DNA of 64,000 nt, taken from Ministeria vibrans ATCC 50519 (Eukaryota > Protista > Filasterea). Of this stretch, positions 25,980-35,787 are shown one piece after another; positions within the stretch are counted from its first letter, which is position 1, and every line of letters begins with the position of its first letter. Location of the stretch: the NCBI GenBank assembly GCA_943704425.1, contig CALSCP010000883.1, positions 77,120 to 141,119 on the forward strand, read 5' to 3'. Made by a program: the position numbers and the translations under genes. Under the pieces are notes generated by a model. That model did no database searches. It was not told where the DNA came from and worked only from the letters and a program-made list of their open reading frames with translations.

Positions 25980-26399
25980 CTGAACCTGTGAAACTTTACA
26001 CTTCTATACTCAAAAGAAACCAACACCCTTTTTTTCAACCCTCGAAAAACACTTTTGTCACGATAAAACCCAAACTTCTCGTTTTATAGTCAAACAAGTC
26101 ATTTTTTCGATAGAGTGAGTGCCACTCCTCCGTCAAAGGTGCGCGAGAAAATTCTGGCTTGATTGAGCGAGTTGATCAGTGATCACGAAAATGATCAGTG
26201 AATATATAACGCGCCGTTTCCCTTAACAAAAGAGACCACCTTTACACGTGCATTGCTCTGCTTCTGTGTTGGCCATTCGTTGCCCGGACCGTGCGGCAGA
26301 GGTCTTTCTGGGCGCATAAAGTGAGCGAAAAGGACTTACAAAACACAGATTTATTTCACAATTGGACCGAATGGCCCACACGAGACGGTCGCACGAGAC

Positions 26400-26529
26400 A
26401 GCAGGAGATTCAGGGTTAGTTGTGATCAACTGATCGCAGCCCATTACGAGTTGTCTTTTTCTGACGCGAACATCCCTGTTCGACCTTCTACGGTCGGATG
26501 GCCCAATTGGATAAGGCGCCTGCCTACGG
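26400..26529 (+). tRNA. tRNA-Arg(ACG): Circularly permuted tRNA-Arg(ACG) with two T-loop introns. Exon order in the mature tRNA: 26492-26529, 26400-26417, 26447-26450, 26473-26486
   Basis: Reassembled 74-nt sequence GGTCGGA TG GCCC AATTGGATA AGGC G CCTGC CT ACG G|A GCAGG AGATT CAGGG TT|CGAG|T CCCTG TTCGACC T. It has a 7-bp acceptor stem, a D arm with G18G19 and Arg identity A20, a 5-bp anticodon stem, a 5-bp T stem with TTCGAGT loop, and an A15:U48 Levitt pair. Confidence 0.9.
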
Positions 26530-26541
26530 TCACCAGTTTCG

Positions 26542-26561
26542 TTTTTTTTGTTTTTTTTTTC

Positions 26562-26601
<40 letters not shown>
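26542..26601 (+). terminator. Oligo(T) Pol III-type terminator after the permuted tRNA trailer
   Basis: T8 begins 13 nt after G37 and is followed by further long T runs. Confidence 0.65.
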
Positions 26602-26602
<1 letters not shown>

Positions 26603-26631
26603 ATCATTCGACTTAATTCTTTCACAAATTG

Positions 26632-26744
26632 TATAACTTCGGTTATCCTTTGAACTTTCACCTTACGAGGTGACCGTGTGACCGTCTCACGACTCACGCC
26701 TGGCCGGGCGAGTCTTATTCGTCTATCGCGAAAGCATTTTTTTT
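26632..26744 (+). ncRNA. Candidate structured small RNA of unknown family
   Basis: Consecutive hairpins ATAAC-TTCG-GTTAT, TCACCT-TACG-AGGTGA, GACTC..GAGTC and GC-GAAA-GC, ending in T8. No family motif recognised. Confidence 0.3.
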
Positions 26745-27410
26745 AGATTTCAAAGTTTTAATCTTTATGTTTTACCATTTTTTTTATTCAACTTACTCGT
26801 AAGATTGATGTGCGTTCCTCCACCTTTGCTTCTACCATCAGTCACCACTCAACACATCCCCTCCCCTTCCCTTACGTTCATTTTTCCTGATTTCTTTTCG
26901 TCCTTTTGATAATCATTCGACCGACTTCTCTCACTCCCTTCGCAGTCGTCTCGTCCGCTGAATCGCTCTCCCCAAGTCCCAACCAACACCCCCTATCTGT
27001 TCATTGCATCTCCAGCCCTTATCGGTCTATATAATCTGGTGTGAGACACAAGACGCACCCGCTAGTGCAGTGAGGACCGNNNNNNNNAAAACCCCCCTCC
27101 CGTCCACGTAACCCTAAAGAGCGTCCTCCTCGCGCCACGCACACTCCCCCCTGCTTCCCACGCGCACCCACCGCTCCCCGATGCCCTTTGTCGCCCTGCC
27201 CCACCGCGAAATTCCGCTCAAGTTCAACACATTTCTCTCTTATTGTGTCATCGTCAGGCCCACGTCCTCTCTCGCCGCCCCCACACGCTCTCACACGCTG
27301 TGACACATGCATTGCGTCTATCACCTCACCCCTTTGCTGTGTCCTCTCTTGTGCTCATTTGCTTTTGTTTTTTTTTTTTTCTTTTTCCTTCTTTGTGGTT
27401 TTTCTAGACA

Positions 27411-28661
27411 ATGCGTTTGTACCTTCTTATCGCTGTCATCGGAGTCGCTGTGAGCGCCGCATCCCTCGGAGGACACTCCAAACTTGGAGAGGATGTTCTC
27501 AAGAGCCAAGCGGTCCATGCCGCCGCCGAGTTCGCCGTGAGCCAACTCAATGGGCTCGGGCAGGTCTCGTCGAAGCGTCTGCTCTTCCTGCACGTCGATG
27601 CGGGCACGCAACAGCTGGTTTCCGGCATGAAGTACACCCTTACCTTGACCGTGGGCGAGTCGACAACGTGCGCACACTCGGACACAAGCAAGCCTGTCGA
27701 GGAGTGCTTCTCTGAGGAGTCGTCGCCTGTCAAGCGCCTCTCCGTCACCGTTCTCGTCCAAGCTTGGAAAACGGAGGAGCCAATGAAGCTTATCGCCAGC
27801 GCCATTCTCAGCGAGACGCCCGAAGGCGATGCCAAGCGTCACCACCATCACCCCCACCACGACAAGATGCACCACGACAAGATGCATCACGACAAGACGC
27901 ATCACGAGGAGCACAAGGAGCACATGGAACATCATGGGCACAAGGATCACCACAAGGAACACCATCCCTCAAAGCAGGTGGAACCGGTGCCATTGACGGC
28001 GTCCAAGCCCACCATGGCCGGTGCGGCAACTCCCGTTGACGACGTCACCGAGGCCGACGTGGCCTCGAGCATCCGTGTTGCCATTGACGCCGTAAACGCA
28101 CGCAGCAACTCCATGTACCGCCTGACGCTGTCGCGCGTCGTGTCGGCGACCAAGCAGGTCGTGGCCGGCCTCAAGTACACGTTCACCCTCGAGCTGGGCG
28201 AGTCAGCGTGCCGCAACGATCACAGTGCCAAGGAGGACGACGAGTGCCCCCTCACCGCCTCCATGGCGGTCACCACCTACACAGTTCAGGTGCTCTCGCA
28301 GCCCTGGAAGACACCCAAGTTCACCGTGGTCTCCGTCCTTGACGGCAACCATGCCGTCGCTCCTATGCCCGTCGTGGATCCCATTCCCCCTCCGGCGCCC
28401 GCCCAGTCCGACGACTACCTTGACCGTGCCGAGCACACCCTGCGCAACCTGCCCCTCTGGGCGTACCCTCTCATCGGCATCGCCGTTGGCTTCCTCATCG
28501 TCGTTCTCGTGGCCCTCGTGCGTCGCTGCTGCTGCCCCCCGAAGACCCGCATTGTTCGTCGCACCACCGTCGTTCAGTTGCCAGGTCAGTCGGACAAGAA
28601 GTCCTCGACTCACGCCACTTTCCGTCGTCTGCCCAGCGAGGCTGACTGTGTCAAAGTTTGA
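27411..28661 (+). CDS. Membrane-anchored double-cystatin protein with a His-rich linker
   Basis: Signal peptide; cystatin 1 (QQLVSG..Y.LTL.VGES.TC..QAW); His-rich segment with HHDKM repeats; cystatin 2 (KQVVAGLKY..TLELGES.C..QPW); TM YPLIGIAVGFLIVVLVALV followed by RRCCC. Confidence 0.88.
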   Translation: MRLYLLIAVIGVAVSAASLGGHSKLGEDVLKSQAVHAAAEFAVSQLNGLGQVSSKRLLFLHVDAGTQQLVSGMKYTLTLTVGESTTCAHSDTSKPVEECFSEESSPVKRLSVTVLVQAWKTEEPMKLIASAILSETPEGDAKRHHHHPHHDKMHHDKMHHDKTHHEEHKEHMEHHGHKDHHKEHHPSKQVEPVPLTASKPTMAGAATPVDDVTEADVASSIRVAIDAVNARSNSMYRLTLSRVVSATKQVVAGLKYTFTLELGESACRNDHSAKEDDECPLTASMAVTTYTVQVLSQPWKTPKFTVVSVLDGNHAVAPMPVVDPIPPPAPAQSDDYLDRAEHTLRNLPLWAYPLIGIAVGFLIVVLVALVRRCCCPPKTRIVRRTTVVQLPGQSDKKSSTHATFRRLPSEADCVKV

Positions 28662-28888
28662 TTGACAGCAGTAAAACAATAAACAAATAGTATTCATTTA
28701 AATCGACGAATCACTTCTTTGTTGATGATTATCAATAGTAAATAAATTTAATAATAATTAGAAGAATACAACCCATTTATTAATGATACAGTCACCACGC
28801 GAATAATAATTAATAAAGTAATAGTCTTGTTTTTCTTTTTTGCTCTGAATAATAACATAATTATAACTCCGCCTGCGCTTTTTTCCCG

Positions 28889-30085
28889 ATGCTTGCTGTA
28901 AGTTGTGGCCATTGGGCGTTACAGGACACGACTATCACCTATTTGGTGGGGCGCGTCGATGGGAAGGAACTTGTGGGACATCGCATTGTGGTGGAAGTGT
29001 GTGAGACCAATGGAGAATGGCGCGAGTGCGATGAGATTGCGCTGAGTACGAGCGACCCTTGCAGTGCAATTCAACGGTCACTGACGGGCCTGAAGAGGAG
29101 GACGCGCTATCTTGTGCGAGCAGCACTACAGGAGGAGGCAGACGGAAATCTCGGCGAGTACAGCGAAGCAGTCGAAGCACGCACAGCACAGGCTCGCGTG
29201 GCACGCAGGCCACTGGAGACGGACGACGAGTACGACCAGGCCCGTCGCCGCCACCAGGACTCCTATCTCGAGCGTTTCCTCGCGATGGTGGCCGAGTTGC
29301 GCGCCCAACCGGAAATTGTCGTGTGGCGCTTCCGCGTCTTTCCGCCGCTCGCCGACGACGCCATTGACGAGATCTGTCGCGAGTTTTACCCGTGCGGAAT
29401 CCACGAGAGCATTCGCTCCTTCTAGTACGCGATTAAAAGAGGTGGACGTCCGCACTGCTTGTTGGCTAACTCGGCAGGTTGTTGGTCGTCTCGTAGCAAG
29501 CAGACAAATGGTCTGCAGCTGCGCTGGATTCTGCGCAGCGATAATGCATTCGACCCGACCGTTCATGTCGAGGAGACGGCGGAGCAGGCCCCGAAGAGCG
29601 TCGACGAGGTGGACTGGGAGCCAGCGGACATTTACGTGGGCGAAGGGGCCGTGTCAATAGTTCCGCTGCGTGAAATTTTCTCCCGTGATTGGGGCTTTGG
29701 CTTTGACGTTGAGGAAGATCGCAAGTTTGGCGGAAAGACCTTTGTGGAAAGCGACTTTCTAGAGTCGCTGCGCTGCTTTGATGGTTTCTACTATTATCAT
29801 TCGCCAGTGTTTGTGTGTGCCACACAAGAAGCGGATCCGCCCTGCATCAAGGGCGACGACCATGGCGCCGACTTCTCCGCTGACATGGTCTTTGACTTTC
29901 ACTCCTATCTCGAGTATGTCCTTGCCTCGTATGCGCTTTGTGGGCGCACCTATTATGCTGTCGGTTGGTTTTCAGGCATGAACGGCACTCGTGTGTGCAC
30001 TTCGCGCGAGTACTGGGCAAAGCGGCCGTATGATCTGCGGGAGATTGTTGACACGAAGGGAAGTGTGGTACCACAATATGAATAG
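28889..30085 (+). CDS. Hypothetical protein with an FN3-like N-terminus and an SMI1/KNR4(SUKH)-like domain; 2 exons
   Basis: SLTGLKRRTRYLVRA...G.YSE is FN3-like. A GTACGC...CGTAG intron joins FPPL....IDEI.......IHESIRSF|YKQTNGLQLRW, resembling the SMI1/KNR4 P..L..FY...NG signature. Confidence 0.6.
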
Positions 30086-31779
30086 TGTTCTTTGATCTTT
30101 TTTATCAATCATTTTTGTTGTAACTTTCTTAAACGCCTATATTTAAAGTCCGTGAACATGTTTGAAGCGAATTAAGTCGCACACTTGTCACTTTTTACGT
30201 AGTCTTATCGTGTCTGCGGGTGACAAAGAGACACTTAATCACGTCCATACGACGGTTGTTGCCCACACCCTCCAACACACTCTTTGTCGTGAACGCCACT
30301 CGGCACGACGAGGGTGTTGCTGATGAACACTCGGAGAAAATTGATCGTATCTGCCGGTTGACGTTCTCAATAAACAGCAGCGTCGCGCCCCGACCCGAGG
30401 GGAACACGTGACGGCACACGGTCAACCCCCAACTCGACAGGAAGAGGCGTGGAACAACCAGGCGGACGCACTGACCAAACGGGCTGGCACAGCTCCGCTG
30501 GAGCCGGGCATGTTTCCCATTGGCGCGATGATTGTGTCGAGTCGACTGATGATGTACCCGCGATGATGGCGAACGTAAGATATAGTGTACAACATACAAA
30601 ATACAATTATTACAGGGTACATTTAGCATGGGGCGTAAGATTACAAGCTTGTTCGCTGTCCAGGAGCGGTGGGTCGACGAAGAAACGAAAAAACGTTTCT
30701 CCGACGAAAATCTTGAACGGACGTATTCGATGAGAAGTAGACGCGTAGGAGGAACGGCTCCCTGATCGAGGCCCGCAAGTTGTGCCACCGTAGTGTGTGT
30801 GTGTGTGTTGGACAATGCGCGGAGGTGTGGTCTGCGCGCGGCGGTGTGGGCGCGCAGAGGAGAGGAAAGGATTACGTAAGGGGCGGGTCGAGCAAACACA
30901 GTGAAATGTGTTTCATCATCTCATCATCAGACGAGGCTGTAGGTTGTGGTGGCGTCACCGGTACGAGGTTTATCGTCGTGGTCGTCGTCGTTGTCGACAG
31001 CGAGCCGGCCGGTGATGGTCGAGGAGGCGGAGAGCGAGGGGAAAACTGAAATATGCCTGGAAATCATTCCACACTTGTAAATGCGCAGTCCGTAGGCCTC
31101 CAAGGCCACCGCCAACCCTAATCTTATTCTCATCGTCTTGTTAAGCTCGAAAGGGAGGTCAACCAGAGGAGGAGAAGTTTTGCAGAGAAGAAATTAGTGT
31201 GACGAGAACTAATCATCAACTCGAAAGATCAAGATCAGAAGTGAACAGGCAGTGCGGAACCGAAGCAAGCGATGGCGTTATTGGCGATTGGCAAATGGTC
31301 TTCTTTTAAACACGTTGATGTGAAATGATGTCTGGGTTGACCGTGGAGTCACGCTTGGCTTGTCATTGTATAATCTGATGTTACATAATGAAATTTTACA
31401 GTGTGAAAGCACAAAAAACTCTGAAAAATAATAATGGTTATTACTAAAGTAGCCATGTAAGTTAAGAATTAACATTAAATTAATATTATTTTGGTTATTT
31501 ATTGCAAAGGCGCACAATAAAATCATCAGAGAATGGTCCAGAACAAAAAAGTGATGTGGAGATTTGAATGATCACAATCAAACAGATTAACTGGTGAATA
31601 AGTGCGGGCTAAGTGCCCTACGACCTATGTAGGCCTACCTAAATCCCAATGCCTTACTCAGTCATATCTGATATCGGTCCTAGGCCAATGCCCAAGAGTG
31701 AATGAATTCGTTTTATAGTTACAAATAATAATCAGCTATTGACTATTCATTGATCATTCATTCATATTTTCTATTCACT

Positions 31780-32537
31780 ATGAGCGACTCCTCCCGCCCG
31801 ATGAAAGAAATCGTGACGGACTTTGCCCGTCGCAACCCTGTACGACCAAGGCAGCCCCTGCACCGCACCCCGTCTCAACATTAACACTATCAATTAACAC
31901 TGTGCCTTGTGTCGTCCGTTTGTCGCAGCAATACACGCTGCGCTTTGTGCTGCACACTCTCACGCTGCTGTGCGTGCCCCTGTTCCTGCTGACGGGCTCG
32001 CGCGCGCTGTACGTGGCCGCCATCGGCATGTCGACGGCTGCGTATCTGACGCAGCTGCTGAGCAAGCACGGGCGGCCGCAGCTCAGCATGGACTACTGGA
32101 CACGCATGCAGCTCGACGACAACTTCTTCTGGTTCCAGACGGGCATGCTCTTCCTCCTCATCACCCCCGCCTTCGCCTACACCACCCTCTTCATTGTCTT
32201 CACGCCCTTCCACGTCGCCGCCGGCCTCAAGAGCATCCTGAAGACTGACCAGATGGCGTCCCTTCAAGCACGTCTGCTGGTCTACCACCAGGCGACCGTC
32301 ATGGCTGCCGCCCGCATCACCCTCTTCTTGCCCGTCTTCATGCTCCTCAACGAGTCTATCCTCGTCACGGCTGCCTTTGTCGCTTCGCTGCGAATCCACT
32401 ACATTCGCGACCAGGCCTTCAACAGTCAGGTGAACCTCCTGCTCGCCTACCTCCGGCCCTACATTGGCCGCTTCCTGCCTGCCGCAGCCCCGCCCACACC
32501 ACCCGATTCGCATCACGCACACTCTCACAGCGAGTGA
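31780..32537 (+). CDS. TMEM33/Pom33-like multi-pass ER/nuclear-envelope membrane protein; 2 exons
   Basis: MSDSSRP...RRNP|QYTLRF...; AAYLTQLLSKHGRPQLSMDYW..MQLDDNFFW and ASLRIHY segments resemble the TMEM33 family; several hydrophobic helices. Confidence 0.6.
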
Positions 32538-33082
32538 AGAGAGTCCCCTCCCATGCGTAGCAAGCGGAGTATGATTGTACAAAGTAAATGAGAGATGACT
32601 CATGCAGCTCCATCAAATTGAACATTCGTTTCACCAAACACTTGCGCTATCGCCTGTTTTGTGAGCTTGTGGCCCGATACAAGTTGTAACACACAATCTT
32701 TTGCAGCTTGCAAGGCGTCGAAGAGCTGTCCTTGCATGGTCACCGTGTGCGTGTGTGTTCATTGCGTGTTTACCGTGTGTTCACTGTGTGTTCACTGTGT
32801 CGCTCTTAATGTAGTCTGACGTGTTGAAAGAAGCAAAGAAACATTTGAGAAACATTTGAGCAACATCACTCATACGAGTGACGATTGGAAAGTGATGAGT
32901 CGACGAGAAAGAGTGACAAGTAACAACTGACAAGTGAGATGTGAGACTGAGTCTGACTGACTACAAGTCATGAGCGCAACTGTAACAAGTGTGACCATCT
33001 CTGTTTATGTGTCTCTTGGCAATGAAAACATGAGGTGATATTATATCAAAATAAATCTACAAGACGTCTTTACGTCTGTACA

Positions 33083-33710
33083 CTACCATAGTCTTTTGTC
33101 AGACTCGGACGAGGGCTCTTGATCGGCAGCAGTGGCCGGCACTGCGCGTGCACCTTGCAATAGCACGTCGGCTGCTGGCCCTGGCCCCGGACTCTCTCTC
33201 GGCCGATTCACATTGTCAACATGATCCGTCCACTTGTGAGGTGTCTCTCGTGCTGTCCAAATGAACTCAATGGGATCCTCTTCGATCTTCTTCTGCGCCT
33301 CACGTCTCTTTTCCCAAAAGGCCTGCATTCCACAGACAAAGAAGAAGAAGCAGAAGCAGTGAGAAAGAGATAGAGAGAGAGAGAGAGAGAGGAGGAAGGA
33401 GAAAGAACAAATAGAGAAACGTGTTCGACAATCGGTCAAAGGTCACCTCACGATCCTCTGCGGTGTACATGCGCGTCTGGAAGCAGGCTGTCATGTCATC
33501 CGACTCCCGATCGCACATTTCAGGGTAGCCGTAGATGTAGAAATCCCGAATCTTGGCAGGAAGAGCTGAAAGGGAAAAAGTCGCATTGGCGGTGGTTTGA
33601 GGGCTCTGGGGACACTTACAGATGCATTCAAACCACAGGCGCATGGTCGTGGTGCACTTGGGGACAACGCTCTCCTCGTCGTCGAGCGGATTCTTCCCGA
33701 AGAAGTTCAT
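33083..33710 (-). CDS. EMI1/C22orf39 (DUF3128)-like small Cys protein; 3 exons
   Basis: C....(WFEC)....FYIYG....C......TAC...|....IWTARETP pattern. Confidence 0.7.
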
Positions 33711-33934
33711 TATGATTAGAAATTAATGAGTAATGACATTGTTTTTGTGATATTATAGGATTAGTCAACTTTTCGTTCTTACGAATAACGAATAGTATCA
33801 CTTCGATAAATGTGCTGCTCTTTGTTTTGTATAGTTGTATTGGTCTTGTTTTGACATTGAGCACAGCTCTCGATTCTCTATTTATTTTTTTCTACTTCAA
33901 TAAATTCGCAAAATATAACTCAAAATATGTTTGT

Positions 33935-35634
33935 TTACTGACCCAACGGATTGTACACCCAGGGATAGTTTGGGGGACACGACTGGCACGTTCCCATGTA
34001 CACCTCCTCATTGGACGCACTTTCACTGACAGTATAGTGACATGAATTCGGCTGAGCACAGACGGCGGGAGGGGCAGCACCAGCACATTGCCAGGGAGGG
34101 AAGGAGGAGATTGCAGAGAGGGGAGTGGGTGATTGCATCCACGCGAGCACTTGCGACTGCGACACAATGTAGACGGATGGGTCCGACTGAAGCAGAGTGG
34201 TCAGGAAAGAGCGCAGTGTTGGCATATGTGTCGGGTCAGTCAGAAACCTAATGGAAAAGATGGTCACGAATCCATGAGTTGAGAGGGATAGCACATGATC
34301 AGTACAAGATGTATGTACAAACAATTGCCCTACCAAGCAGAATGCATATAAAGCCCAAAGGGTGCATGATTATCATCGTGCAAATGATAATTATAGTTCA
34401 GCAAGTCAAGCAGTGCCGTCTGGTTGAATCCAACACACGCATCAAGCATTGAACACGCCACAGAGCCATCTCGGTGCATCAGATTAATCATAGGTAGTTC
34501 CCATAGACCCTTGTAAGCTTTCCTATATTGGTACACATGATTAATATAATATCGAATCACCGAATGTGAGAGTGAGAGACAAAATCAGAGTCAGAGACAG
34601 AGACAGAGTCAGAGACAGAGACAGAGACAGAGTTTTTGGTGTTGATACTTTGGACATTGGCCAATGTTGCACTCTTGAGGAGAAGGGAAATCAAGAGTGT
34701 AGGGGAAAACTATTGCAGCAAAAAAACTATTTAGTAACACGCCAATCACACTTTAATTTTTGTATCAATACTCGGCGGATTGGAGTATTTTGAGGTTGTC
34801 CATGAATTGTCATAGGAAAAATTGGACGCATGAAGTGACGCAAACTGCTGCTCTGACATCTCCAGAAAAGGTTGACGATAGCCAATGATTGACTCTACAT
34901 CCACATTGCCAAAGTGGCTGAGAATGGTGCGTTGACCTGCCAGTTCAGCATTGTCGCGTGAGACATTGAATGTTTCCCAGTCGGACTCTGCGAGAGGGGG
35001 AAAACCGCATTTTGGGGGAGAATCGGAGTATGAATGGTCAATCAAAAGTGACGACAAAGCATGAGCTTTTACTTTATTTATATCTCTCATACCTGGTGTG
35101 GCGTGTGTGATAGAATGGTCTGCAATCTCGTGGCGCATGTGACGAAGGTCTTGCACAAGATTGTAGTCAGTGTATTTGTGCGAGACAAAAAATGTGGCCG
35201 AAACGGGGCAGCCATTGGGATTCTTCAGGCCGTCAAACAGTTGCATGTATTCATCGTGGTTCTACCGAGTGAAAAAAAATTTGTCGTTGAAAAACAATTT
35301 AGAAAAGTGAGTGACAAGTGCAAAAGTGTCAATACAAAAATGAGACGAAACATATTCAACACACAAACAAACAAACCTGTTGGTTCACATCGTCGTCAAA
35401 GGTAAGCGTCACCATGCGAGGAATAGCACTGGCTGCCATCGGTCCCGCTGAGCCAAAGCAGCGGCAATCAGGTAAAACACAATTTTTGGACGAACATATT
35501 TCGTCCAAAACCTAACACGAGAAAAAAGCACGTTAAGACGCCTCAATGGCCTCTAATCTCTTCCTATGTCTTACAGGAAGAGCGTGTGCTGTCAAACACA
35601 ACGAAGCAACGAGAAACACCAAAAAAGTTCGCAT
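33935..35634 (-). CDS. Secreted polysaccharide (chitin) deacetylase-like protein, CE4 family, multi-exon
   Basis: Signal peptide; C..PDCRC, MVTLTFDD, NPNGCPVSATFFVSHKYTDY, HEIADHSITH, GYRQPFL, FPYTLD, GLWELPM, APFGLYMH..W and C-terminal C..CPPNYPWVYNPLG. Confidence 0.9.
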
Positions 35635-35787
35635 AGAATGAAACTGAAGTGAAGTGAATCTGTCACTCTGACTGAAGTCATTGATCTAATCTAATCTCAA
35701 GTTTAAGAAAAATTGAAAATTAGCACTTTTTGACTTTTGCCGAAGGCCCTTTGAGGAGGGTGTGTTTTTTTTATCAAGCTTTGGACA

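Noticed and set aside
26492-26930. Ordinary tRNA-Arg with a long 37/38 intron and a downstream 3' half
   Set aside because: No GCAGG plus T-arm occurs downstream. The TTCGACC near 26916 lacks a T stem, and the only matching 3' half is upstream.
27109-27117. TAACCCTAA as a telomerase RNA template or telomeric repeat
   Set aside because: A single short match beside an N gap, with no supporting structure or array.
29423-29425. TAG readthrough or alternative genetic code
   Set aside because: The TAG overlaps a GT donor, and splicing gives TAC. Other genes end in TAA, TAG and TGA normally.
30195-31133. Possible minus-strand hypothetical gene
   Set aside because: GC-rich patches suggest exons, but I could not build a consistent spliced frame or recognise any homology.
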